From NCBI GenBank assembly GCA_041648575.1, contig JBAZOT010000002.1, forward strand, positions 34,038 through 98,037: 64,000 nt of DNA, written 5' to 3'. The notes beneath the pieces are model-generated. The model was not told where the DNA came from. It searched no databases and saw nothing but the letters and a program-made list of their open reading frames with translations. A program made the position numbers and the translations under genes. Of the stretch, positions 1-9,082 are shown in pieces (position 1 is the stretch's first letter; every line of letters starts with the position of its first letter). The stretch is from Patescibacteria group bacterium. GTDB taxonomy: Bacteria; Patescibacteriota; Patescibacteriia; Veblenbacterales; UBA10138.

Positions 1-28
1 AACCCGTGGTTTAACTATAGCTGTTGAA

Positions 29-469
29 ATGAGACGCTACCAGACAATTTATTTAAGCGGCGGTGGCCACGAGCAAGTCTTAGACATCAAAAGAAGAATG
101 GAATTTAAAAATCTACGCAATAAAATTTACCAACTGAAAAGAACACGCTACTTAGTAACTAAAAAAATAGGTAACAGATTAATGGTTAGCCTAACGGCTA
201 AGGGAAAAAAAGAATTGCTTAAATATAAAATTTCCAGCGCTTTACCATATAAAGATAATTTATCAACTATGGTTATATTTGATATACCAGAACAAGCGCG
301 GCAAGGTAGAGATTATTTTAGAAATTTCTTGAGAGAAAATAATTTTAAGCAGATCCAAAAAAGCGTTTGGTTTAGTAAACAAAATGTTACTCAACCGCTG
401 AATGATTTTCTAAAATACTACCGTTTAACAGATTGGGTAAAAGTATTTGAAGCACGAACTATTAAATAG
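29..469 (+). CDS. Winged-helix N-terminal domain fused to a Cas2-like domain (VIFDIPE...R..R..FRNFL...QKSVW pattern); solo, no CRISPR array in window
   Basis: C-terminal half matches the Cas2 core pattern (h-h-x-D-I ... R ... L ... G ... Q-x-SV-F/W). The N-terminal ~80 aa are basic and helix-turn-helix-like. The window starts at 1, so upstream context is not visible. Confidence 0.45.
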   Translation: MRRYQTIYLSGGGHEQVLDIKRRMEFKNLRNKIYQLKRTRYLVTKKIGNRLMVSLTAKGKKELLKYKISSALPYKDNLSTMVIFDIPEQARQGRDYFRNFLRENNFKQIQKSVWFSKQNVTQPLNDFLKYYRLTDWVKVFEARTIK

Positions 470-600
470 AATTATTTGCATTTTTCTAACGATCGTGTGT
501 TTTTTACAAATGTGGTTTTTGTGTTAAATATTATAAATGAGGAAAATAAAAGAGCCGATGTTAAGCTGAATATAGTTTAATCCCCATTTTTTATAAAAAT

Positions 601-1086
601 ATGCGCATTACCTACGATGCAAATCGTGATCTAAAAAATTGGTTTCGGATTAAAGAGAATTATCCTGAAACATTTACTATTATCAAATATTATCCTTTTG
701 ATAAAAATATACCCCTAAACCACGAGAAATTTAATGCTATTGTTAAAACAATTAGCGTAACTGATATTAAAAGCTTTGATGAATTAGCTAATGGTATTAC
801 TCTGGAATGGAAAAAAATAGAGAAAAAAGTTACATCTCAAATTTTTGATTACTTAGGTGGTTTAAAATCTATTAATTTTAAGGTAAATCTAACAACTGCT
901 TACCTTATGCCTTATGACGAGCGTGACAACTGGTTTATGATACCAACACATAAATCAATAACAGAACAATTACGCTGTATTGCTCACGAGCTATTTCATT
1001 TATATCATTATCAAAAAAATCCTTCCGCTTCACAAAAGGAGCGAGAATTGGAAGTACAAAAATTCCTACAATTTTTGGCAATATAG
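601..1086 (+). CDS. Hypothetical protein with HExxH-like motif (IAHELFHLYH), possible metallopeptidase-like fold
   Basis: 161-aa ORF with an HELFH motif near the C-terminus. No other recognisable family signature. Confidence 0.35.
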   Translation: MRITYDANRDLKNWFRIKENYPETFTIIKYYPFDKNIPLNHEKFNAIVKTISVTDIKSFDELANGITLEWKKIEKKVTSQIFDYLGGLKSINFKVNLTTAYLMPYDERDNWFMIPTHKSITEQLRCIAHELFHLYHYQKNPSASQKERELEVQKFLQFLAI

Positions 1087-1146
1087 ACCAAAAACTCTTG
1101 ACCAACTAATAGTATAGTATTATTGTTGAAAATTGGCAAATTAAAA

Positions 1147-1180
1147 ACCCCGAAGTCTTATTGACCTCGGGGTTGTTCTC
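1147..1180 (+). terminator. Imperfect hairpin (ccccgaagtc/gacctcgggg) followed by a T-containing tract, downstream of ORF 601..1086
   Basis: Roughly 10-bp stem with one mismatch and a 5-nt loop. The following T-tract is weak. Confidence 0.3.
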
Positions 1181-1239
1181 ACTCTTTACGCTTACTCTTA
1201 TTTTAAGAGTAACATTTTTTTGATCGCGACTTTGTCGCT

Positions 1240-1440
1240 AGTGCGCAATTGGTAAAAGTACATACCGCTTGGTGCATTACCTGCATTCCATTCCACCAAT
1301 GTGGCTACTTCCTGCCCCAGCAGATTATACACCTTCAGAGTAGTCCAGAGACTGCCGCGCTCACTGCGTTCGCTCGCAGTGACATTGTTGTCATTGTGAG
1401 GCGTAGCGATGAAGTCACCCCTTCGGGAGATCCCGCGTAG
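1240..1440 (-). pseudogene. Orphan T9SS-type C-terminal sorting domain fragment, homologous to the 3' end of gene 2566..4257
   Basis: Minus-strand translation gives ...NDNNVTASERSERGSLWTTLKVYNLLGQEVATLVEWNAGNAPSGMYFYQLRTSDKVAIKKMLLLK*. About 85-90% nucleotide identity to 2613..2810 with internal indels. No plausible start codon or N-terminal body. The plus-strand ORF 1249..1440 is its antisense artefact. Confidence 0.55.
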
Positions 1441-1545
1441 CGGGACAATCTCTTAAGAAAAGTCTAAATATCCAACTTCATAAAATATATCCATTTTGAC
1501 TAACTTTATAAAGTTTGATAATATGATGATATATAGTAAAAATCT

Positions 1546-2472
1546 ATGACTACTCGTCAAAAACTTGAAATTATACAAAAAATGTTGGCACTTACTCAAA
1601 CCAAGTTAGCCGAACGATTTGGCGTGTCTTTTGTCACCTTTAATAGTTGGTGGACAGAAAAGTCTTCGCCTAGGGCAAAAAAACAAGCAGCCATCGACCA
1701 GTTGTTTTTAGAAGTAACGGGGCAAAAAATAGTTCCTGCTAGTACGCTTGCCGCCAAAAAGCAAGCCTTGCGGCAAAAGTCGTCTAAACATAAAAGTATT
1801 ATTGCCACAATTCTGGCCAACCCCGATATCCGTGATCAATTTATTTTAAAACTTACTTATCATAGTAATAGTATTGAGGGTAGCACTCTAACCGAATTGG
1901 ATACGGCCGCTATTTTGTTTGATAATGCCGCCTTGCCGGATAAAAGTTTAACTGAGCATTTGGAAGCAAAAAATCATCAAACCGCTTTGAATTACTTGTT
2001 TGCTCATATTAGTCAAGCTCAAAAAATTGATGAGAGTTTAATATTAAAGCTTCATAGTATTTTAATGAATGGTATTAGATCAGACGCCGGCTCATATCGT
2101 AACCATGCCGTTAGGATTACTGGTGTTAATTTGCCCACCGCTAATTATTTAAGCGTTCCCAAATTAATAGCGGAGGTTATAAGGCGTGCCGTTTCGTCCA
2201 CTAAAGATATTATTGCCTTATCAGCAGGCGTTCATAGTCATTTTGAACAGATTCATCCTTTTTCCGACGGCAACGGTCGCATGGGGAGATTGCTTTTAAA
2301 TGCTATGTTGCTTGGTTCCAATTTTGCTCCTGCTATTATCAACCAAAACCAAAGACAGCTTTATTATACCTATCTTTATAAAGCGCAAACTCAAAATGAT
2401 TTTAGTCAATTGGAAGATTTTTTTTGTGATGCTGTTATTGATGGTTTTAAGGTTTTGGAACGTCTTGATTAA
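1546..2472 (+). CDS. Fic family protein: N-terminal HTH plus Fic/DOC domain with canonical HPFSDGNGRMGR motif and an intramolecular inhibitory (S/T)xxxE(G/N) motif (SNSIEG)
   Basis: The Fic signature HxFx(D/E)GNGRxxR is present exactly. The SxxxEG inhibitory helix motif lies upstream of the Fic core. The N-terminal 45 aa resemble an XRE-type HTH. Confidence 0.8.
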   Translation: MTTRQKLEIIQKMLALTQTKLAERFGVSFVTFNSWWTEKSSPRAKKQAAIDQLFLEVTGQKIVPASTLAAKKQALRQKSSKHKSIIATILANPDIRDQFILKLTYHSNSIEGSTLTELDTAAILFDNAALPDKSLTEHLEAKNHQTALNYLFAHISQAQKIDESLILKLHSILMNGIRSDAGSYRNHAVRITGVNLPTANYLSVPKLIAEVIRRAVSSTKDIIALSAGVHSHFEQIHPFSDGNGRMGRLLLNAMLLGSNFAPAIINQNQRQLYYTYLYKAQTQNDFSQLEDFFCDAVIDGFKVLERLD

Positions 2473-2565
2473 AGTATTGTCACCCTGAACTTGATTCAGG
2501 ATCTATTTATAATAAATAAAAGAGCCGATACTGTTCAGGTATCGGCTTTAAATTACATTTCGGTT

Positions 2566-4257
2566 TTATTTTATTAAAACCATTTTTTTTGTTTCGCAGT
2601 AGCTACCAGCAGTCAAGCGGTAAAAATACATACCACTTGGATTATTGCCAGCGTTCCATTCCACTGAGTGCTTACCCTGTTCTTTTGTTTCATTCACTAG
2701 CGTCGCCACTTCCTGCCCCAGCAGATTGTATACTTTGAGTGTTACGAGACTGCCGCGCTCACTGCGTTCGCTCGCAGTGACATTGTTGTCATTGCGAGGC
2801 ATAGCCGAAGCAATCTCATACTTAATCGTTGTCACCGGATTAAACGGATTCGGATAGTTTTGTTCCAACTGAAACGCAATTGGGATCCCGAGCACTGTCG
2901 AGGGGTCTTGCTCACCATCTGGTGGCGGCGGCGGTAATTCGTCTATATCCACGATATTAATTCGTGAGTATGAGGCTTTCGTCAGCAATGGTATGTTTAG
3001 ATACAGTGTGCCTGCCTCGTTCACTTTGATCCAATATCCATTGCCAGGCCTCAGAGTGTCTTCTGGTAAATAACTTCCATTATAGCCAAAGAATTGGCTT
3101 GTTATCATACCAGGATCTACTAATATATCCGCGCAAGCAATTGGTTCAGTCAGCGAACCAATCATATTCCAGCCTTCAGTTACTGAAATGGTGTTATTAG
3201 TAACAGGTTCACCGTTGATAATAACACTTTGGTCTTCACTGAACTTTAACCAGTAGCCAATTCCACATTTAAGCGTGTCAACATCAACATAATTACCATT
3301 GTAAGCATAGGCAGAAGATATAGCAGTGGGAAAGAGAGAATTTAAGGACATATTATCTGCCTGTCTGGCTATCGATATCATATTCCACCCTTTTTTTACG
3401 GGGTAGTATTCTGCGTTTGGCGAATATTCACCAAAATTTATTCCAGCCCAATGCAGTGTATCACCAATCGTAATAGTTGTTTCGGGAGTAGTGGCTATCC
3501 AACCACCGGCTTTAGTTTCTGGTTTTACAGTATATATTCCTCGTGGAACAGCTAGAAGGGCATAGTTACCTAAGGCATTGGTAGTAGTTGAATCTTGATG
3601 CGTACCGTTAGCATCTAAATATATCTTCCAGTTACTCATACCGTTTTCGCCACTATCAATTATGCTGTTTTGATTTGCGTCATTGAATAATACGCCAGAA
3701 ATAGTGCCTTTTTCACCACCATCATAAAATAAGATTTGTGATACTCCTTGTCCACTAGTAAAATGATCAAAATCACCAATGACAGCACCAAGAACTGACC
3801 ATGGCACATAACATATAATTAACGAAATAGAATCGAAATATGCAAGTGTACCATTCCATGGCCCCAGAAAATCTGTTGTTTGCCAACTAGTATCTCCTGC
3901 TATTCCATCAGCACTCAGAGGATAGACTGTAGTGTCCCCATGGTGTAGAGAAAACGAGAATATATAGATAACACCAGGATGACTCTGATAACCTCGTTGG
4001 TCAATATGAATAAATCCATTAAATGGTGTTAAATCTACTCTTCTTCCATATATCACACTATCTGACAATTGATCACCATTTGCTTCAATCCGTATTGCCC
4101 AGCCAGATCCTCTGCTTCCACCTTGGTGAGTATATATAGAGTCATACATAGTTGAAAGAACACGATTCCATCCATCATTATTTTGCGCATAAACAGCAAT
4201 GGTAAACACCATCGCTATTAATATCGCGATTGCAATATATAAATTTTTAAGTTTCAT
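2566..4257 (-). CDS. Secreted protein with signal peptide and T9SS-type (Por_Secre_tail-like) C-terminal sorting domain carrying an in-frame repeat-derived insertion
   Basis: N-terminal hydrophobic signal (MKLKNLYIAIAILIAMVFTIAVYA). The C-terminus reads NYPNPFNPVTTIKYEI...LVTLKVYNLLGQEVATLVNE...GMYFYRLTAG...KKMVLIK, which is typical of a T9SS C-terminal domain. A 21-aa insert (ASAMPRNDNNVTASERSERGS) is encoded by a palindromic repeat. Confidence 0.7.
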   Translation of the reverse strand: MKLKNLYIAIAILIAMVFTIAVYAQNNDGWNRVLSTMYDSIYTHQGGSRGSGWAIRIEANGDQLSDSVIYGRRVDLTPFNGFIHIDQRGYQSHPGVIYIFSFSLHHGDTTVYPLSADGIAGDTSWQTTDFLGPWNGTLAYFDSISLIICYVPWSVLGAVIGDFDHFTSGQGVSQILFYDGGEKGTISGVLFNDANQNSIIDSGENGMSNWKIYLDANGTHQDSTTTNALGNYALLAVPRGIYTVKPETKAGGWIATTPETTITIGDTLHWAGINFGEYSPNAEYYPVKKGWNMISIARQADNMSLNSLFPTAISSAYAYNGNYVDVDTLKCGIGYWLKFSEDQSVIINGEPVTNNTISVTEGWNMIGSLTEPIACADILVDPGMITSQFFGYNGSYLPEDTLRPGNGYWIKVNEAGTLYLNIPLLTKASYSRINIVDIDELPPPPPDGEQDPSTVLGIPIAFQLEQNYPNPFNPVTTIKYEIASAMPRNDNNVTASERSERGSLVTLKVYNLLGQEVATLVNETKEQGKHSVEWNAGNNPSGMYFYRLTAGSYCETKKMVLIK

Positions 4258-4589
4258 TTTTTAATTCTCCTTTCTAAAGAGAAATTTGTTTTTATTTTTT
4301 GTTTTTAAACTTGTTGGTTTAACAAAACTGATAAACTACTAAAACTAGTGTCTAGGAACTAATTATCAGCTTTGTTAATCCGGCAAATTTGTAAGGGGGT
4401 GCAGGTTTTTTAGAATTTGAAATCCATACTTCTACTATACACCATTAAACACTCCATTATGGACCAAAATGGTATTTTTGTCAATGGCAAAAACCTTAAT
4501 TAACAAAAAATGGCTAATTTTAGCCATTAACCTCTTAAAAAATACTACATGACTATCACTATAACAACTATAACATTTCTACTTTATAA

Positions 4590-7500
4590 TTATAATTTAC
4601 TGCACAAAATATAATATTTACCGACAGTATCGCGTCTCAACCCAACCATATACTCACCACTCCTACAGGCCTTGTTATCAACCCCTGTAAGATTAAGTCC
4701 AATATCTCCAACATCAATTCCACTACCCCCACCTTCTGGAATAACGTTAAACTTAATTGAGGTTTCCGACTCGCCCCAAATATTCTCCCCTGCTTTAATA
4801 TCTTTATTTATTATCAAATTACCACCGGTTGTTTGTTTATCCAAAAATAGTAAAATGTTATTAGTATCACCCACTGCCATAGTGAGTATGTCGGATCCGT
4901 CCGTAATACTGTAAATACCATTAAACGTAGAGTCAATAGATTGTTTATTAAAGTTCTCCCATTGGTTGTTAATTAGTGAACTACCGTTAAACTTCTGCTG
5001 CATAATTTTTCCGTCAACCCCAGCAACACGCACGTAATTATCAGAATTTATGGTCACTGTTCTTCCATTAACCCAATAATAAGGCAGTATTGCGGGTGTT
5101 ACTGACACGGGTGTTATACCAGCACTTGTAATGGTGAGTTGTGTTACTTTAGAGCTCCCGACCGCCACAGCAATAGCTGTCCAAACACCGCTAATCGGAT
5201 CATTCTTCCAGCTGATAACCTTTACGCCGTAGTAAGCGGCGGCATTAACATTACTGTCAACATTACCCGCCAAGGTGTTTATCTGCAACCAGTTAGCTCC
5301 TCCATCTAAGCTAGCCACTATCACCCCTCCAGCATTAGTCACCTTCCTATCTCCGACAGCCACCACCACCGCATTACCACTAATATCAACTGCCCCATCT
5401 ATGGCACGATAGTAGTAAGAAGTTGGCAACGACGGTGCTCCACTATTTGTCCAACTTGCCGTAGTACTACAAGCACTGACAGTCTTAATGTATTTGCCCA
5501 CTGCCCAAACTTTTGTGCTACTCTGGGCCCAAACGCCGTAATTATAACTATCAAGTGTTGCGCTTGTAGCTATCCAGGTACTACCCCCATCAATTGAGCA
5601 AGCGCCAGTAGTGCCGTTACCCACTGCCCACAGTGTGCTATTCGCACCTGTTACTGCATTGTAATAAATATTAGGTGCTCCTCCAGTAGCTCCCACAACG
5701 ATTGGATCACTAAACGTAACTCTAGCCGCAGCGCCAGTACCACTTACATTACCAACTGCAATAATTCCGCTAGTACCGACGACGGCAAATTTTCTTAAAG
5801 AAGCACTACCCCAGACACCGTTGATATTACTGGTACCAACTATAATACTGGCAATATCCAGCTCGCCCTGGGTCCAGGCTGAGTTCGGAAAATTTATGGT
5901 ACCGATATTGCCATCTGGCCCAACCGTCAGCACCTGCTGCAAGCCTGCTGTAGAAAATCCCGCAGCGCCAGCCCATTTTATATCACTCGTGCTCCCAGAA
6001 TATGGTACATATACTCCTCTATAAATTATAGTTTTGTTATCACTATTAATATCCCCCACCATAATTTTATTTGCTATCATCGTAGTAGCCGCGAAGTGCT
6101 TCCCATCAGATGTTAATGACAAATCAGATAACGCTCCATACACTAACGATTTAGTTTCTGTCCAACTATCACCTCCATCTGTTGATAGTACTATATGAGG
6201 TGGGGTCATTCCACCACGTGCTGCAATTATTACTTTGCCATCAAGAGTACCCACCATGTTCTGTAGTATATAAAAGGCCGTTTTACCTTGCGTTGACGGA
6301 ATCACATACCAGTCATATGTTCCACCAAGATTCCTAACTCCTTTAATAATTCCATCATTGTGCGTGGCAAGTATAATTACAGACCCATCGTTGTTTACCC
6401 ACCCAGTCTGTACCCGTTGATACACATCATTTGCCACTAGCCATTCTTTGCTCGGTCCATTAACAATAGTTGACAGTCCTGATTCAAACTTAATCAATGG
6501 CAGGAATGATTCGCCTGTCGGAATCCCCTGTACAACTATTAGGGCAAAGTTGTTGTTACCAATAATATCAACTTTTATGCAGTTTTTGCATATAGTACTC
6601 ACATCTCTCTTTGTCCAGGTTTGAAAATTAGGGCTATCGGTTGAAGTATAAAAAAAATTATTACCAGCATTTATCACAGCGAAACTACTGTTAGGCGCTA
6701 TCCAAACTTGCTTTAATGCCAATTGATTAGCAATCAAATTTTCATCTACATATTTTTTAATAGTTTGAAATTTCCAAGTACCATTAGCAGAGTTAAAAAC
6801 AGCCACTTGCGCATCCCGCTTCACAGCATAAGCACCACCTGGGGAAATAGCCAGCGCCAACGGCCTGGAATCTGGTGCTGGTGTAACCACGGAAGCAATA
6901 TCAACAAAATCAACCCCGGTTGGGAGATTAAGAGGTGCGGAGTTCGCCTGTATCATACCAGGCGCTTTAATATCATTATATACTTCCAAATTACGCTTAA
7001 CCGTAACGTCACCGCCCCCGCCTTGGCTAAGGTTAATATTTTCTATTGGATCATTTGGGTTATTTGGATCGACATACCGCCAAAGTGAGGGATTAGAGTT
7101 GGAACTCAATAATTCCGAACATGATCCATCCGACTTAAGTACACAGATCTGATCAGTAATCATTAGCTTACTTATAAGCAGGCCAGCCCAACCGGATATC
7201 TTATCGCTATAAAGACCAAAATTATCAACATTAGTCCGAAAAACAGCCAGGTTATTATCTACGCCGTCTCCTAGATCATCTTTAGCTACATTCACCACCA
7301 ATGCGTCACGCTGATAGAACGAACTAGTAATACTAGGATCAGGATTAAGCGGGTCGGCCGTTAGACTACTAGGATCTAAACGCAACTGACCAACCACATC
7401 TAGTGTAGTACCAGGCATATCGGTACCTATACCAACATACTGTGTTGCAAAATTTTTAGGGTAAATGGCTTTACCATCAGTTGAAGCTAACCATAAGCTC

Positions 7501-7814
7501 TCGCTACCGCCGCCCAAATCAGCCCACCCCCCCGTACTATTATTATTGACTGCTTGCCACATCCTAAACTTGCCTAAACACTTATTATAATAAATTGCGC
7601 CGTTGGTGGAGCCAACAACAGAAGAAGGGTCTGCCTCCAAACAACCAACTTGGGCTTGGGCAAATGATATGCTAAACGGATCGCCAAAACTAAAATTACC
7701 AAAATGCCCACCGGATAAAAAGGTCCCACCGGTTTGCCATAAAGACAAGCCGAATCCTAGCGCTGCGACCAGCGGCAAAACGATGAGTAGATTAGTGATG
7801 AAACGTTTGGTCAT
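4590..7814 (-). CDS. Large (1074 aa) membrane-anchored/secreted surface protein with BNR/Asp-box (SxDxGxTW) repeats
   Basis: N-terminal TM/signal segment. Asp-box motifs STDGGDSW, SIDGGSTW and SLDGGANW. Glycine/Thr/Asn-rich beta-rich composition. Confidence 0.55.
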   Translation of the reverse strand: MTKRFITNLLIVLPLVAALGFGLSLWQTGGTFLSGGHFGNFSFGDPFSISFAQAQVGCLEADPSSVVGSTNGAIYYNKCLGKFRMWQAVNNNSTGGWADLGGGSESLWLASTDGKAIYPKNFATQYVGIGTDMPGTTLDVVGQLRLDPSSLTADPLNPDPSITSSFYQRDALVVNVAKDDLGDGVDNNLAVFRTNVDNFGLYSDKISGWAGLLISKLMITDQICVLKSDGSCSELLSSNSNPSLWRYVDPNNPNDPIENINLSQGGGGDVTVKRNLEVYNDIKAPGMIQANSAPLNLPTGVDFVDIASVVTPAPDSRPLALAISPGGAYAVKRDAQVAVFNSANGTWKFQTIKKYVDENLIANQLALKQVWIAPNSSFAVINAGNNFFYTSTDSPNFQTWTKRDVSTICKNCIKVDIIGNNNFALIVVQGIPTGESFLPLIKFESGLSTIVNGPSKEWLVANDVYQRVQTGWVNNDGSVIILATHNDGIIKGVRNLGGTYDWYVIPSTQGKTAFYILQNMVGTLDGKVIIAARGGMTPPHIVLSTDGGDSWTETKSLVYGALSDLSLTSDGKHFAATTMIANKIMVGDINSDNKTIIYRGVYVPYSGSTSDIKWAGAAGFSTAGLQQVLTVGPDGNIGTINFPNSAWTQGELDIASIIVGTSNINGVWGSASLRKFAVVGTSGIIAVGNVSGTGAAARVTFSDPIVVGATGGAPNIYYNAVTGANSTLWAVGNGTTGACSIDGGSTWIATSATLDSYNYGVWAQSSTKVWAVGKYIKTVSACSTTASWTNSGAPSLPTSYYYRAIDGAVDISGNAVVVAVGDRKVTNAGGVIVASLDGGANWLQINTLAGNVDSNVNAAAYYGVKVISWKNDPISGVWTAIAVAVGSSKVTQLTITSAGITPVSVTPAILPYYWVNGRTVTINSDNYVRVAGVDGKIMQQKFNGSSLINNQWENFNKQSIDSTFNGIYSITDGSDILTMAVGDTNNILLFLDKQTTGGNLIINKDIKAGENIWGESETSIKFNVIPEGGGSGIDVGDIGLNLTGVDNKACRSGEYMVGLRRDTVGKYYILCSKL

Positions 7815-7892
7815 AATTTACAGAATCAAGAATTATGAATTATGAATACTGAATGGTGAATAATGAATTAAGAATAGAAAATTTGGAATCAA

Positions 7893-7907
7893 GGATTTAG
7901 GATTTAG
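7893..7907. repeat. ATTTAGGATTTA-type motif (left, inverted relative to right-side copies) flanking the HepT/MNT cassette
   Basis: ggatttaggatttag here. Reverse-complement copies taaatcctaaat occur at about 8694, 8763 and 8798. A 15-bp exact direct repeat gttaattgttataat occurs at 8008 and 8823. Confidence 0.4.
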
Positions 7908-8054
7908 CCTGCCTGTCACAGGCAGAGACTTAGAATTTAGGAAGAATGTTATGGTGTTGTAGTTGTTATTGATAATCTAGAATTATGAATAGTGAATGAA
8001 GGCAAAAGTTAATTGTTATAATGTTAGAGTAAGAGATAATGACTAATTTCTGAT

Positions 8055-8396
8055 TTATGAATCTAATGTAAGTAACTGCTTAATCTGTGCTTTGAACTCA
8101 GGTAGACTGATGGTGACTGTATCCCACACGATAGCCAAGTCTATACCAAAGTAGTGGTGGATGAGAATATTTCGTGTGGCCATAGCCTTGTCCCAAGCAA
8201 TGTGGGGGTGTTGAGCTTTGAATCCTTCGGGAAGATTTTTGACGGCCTCCCCCATAATCTCTAACCTTCTCATAATGGCGTCCTGCTTCTCGGGAGACTT
8301 GAGCCAAGCTTCTTCGGAAAGGCCGCGCGCATACTCCTCAATAGCAGCAATACTTTCCATAATATGTTTCAAAAATATCTGATGGTCGTTTTTCAT
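8055..8396 (-). CDS. hepT: HepT-like toxin (DUF86, nucleotidyltransferase-substrate-binding/HEPN RNase) with Rx4HxY motif (RNILIHHY)
   Basis: 113 aa with an RNxxxHxY HEPN motif. Overlaps the upstream MNT gene by 4 nt (ATGA). Local GC is higher than the surroundings. Confidence 0.8.
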   Translation of the reverse strand: MKNDHQIFLKHIMESIAAIEEYARGLSEEAWLKSPEKQDAIMRRLEIMGEAVKNLPEGFKAQHPHIAWDKAMATRNILIHHYFGIDLAIVWDTVTISLPEFKAQIKQLLTLDS

Positions 8397-8686
8397 AAAA
8401 TGCGCACTTGCTCTGTTAAGATGCGATCTTTGAGAAGTGGGTGTAGCGAGCGGTAGGTGACGACATCGATGTTTTTACCGAGCGCTTGCTCCAACTTTAG
8501 TTGCAAGTCGGCCAGATCAAACAGGCTGGTGCCCCGCGGCACCTCAATCAGGAAATCAATATCACTGCCCTCGCCCCCCTCGCCTCGCACATAAGAACCA
8601 AACAGCGAGGAGCGGATAACGCCCGCCTGCCGCAAGATGGGCAGGGCAGTATGTTTAATGGCTTCGATGGTGTAGGAACGAGGCAT
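8393..8686 (-). CDS. mnt: MNT-type nucleotidyltransferase antitoxin (GSxxRG...SDIDxL motif)
   Basis: GSYVRGEGGEGSDIDFLI minimal nucleotidyltransferase motif. 97 aa, immediately upstream of hepT with a 4-nt overlap. Confidence 0.8.
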   Translation of the reverse strand: MPRSYTIEAIKHTALPILRQAGVIRSSLFGSYVRGEGGEGSDIDFLIEVPRGTSLFDLADLQLKLEQALGKNIDVVTYRSLHPLLKDRILTEQVRIL

Positions 8687-9082
8687 AAATATTTAAATCC
8701 TAAATTCTAATGAAAGCTTGGCTTTCACCCCGATCAATATCGGGGTAGTCCGCCATGGCGGACTAAATCCTAAATAATAAATGAAATAATTAATAATTAA
8801 ATCCTAAAATTATAAAATAAATGTTAATTGTTATAATACAGAATTAAGAATAATGAATAAAGAATTATAAATAGTGAATAATGAACATGGGATTTTTTAT
8901 TTATCATCCCGAACCCCTTCCTTTTGTCATTCCGAATTTATTTCGGAATCTATTTTGAGATGCTGAACTAAATTCAACATGACAGTATTCTTTGTTCTTA
9001 CTTAATTAAAGGGCAGGCAGGAATCCTAAACAATAGTTGAAATAATTAATAAGTTAAATTTATGAATTATTGCGCTATAAAA

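Noticed and set aside
1249-1440. 63-aa plus-strand ORF
   Set aside because: It is antisense to the orphan T9SS-type sorting-domain fragment, and the homology to gene 2566..4257 is on the minus strand. Treated as an artefact.
2566-4257. Possibility that the T9SS-sorting-domain gene marks a chimeric contig or contaminant
   Set aside because: Local base composition and intergenic motif style look like the rest of the window. The orphan copy and related repeat copies occur elsewhere in the same window. Chimerism cannot be excluded without read data and is kept as a caveat, not a call.
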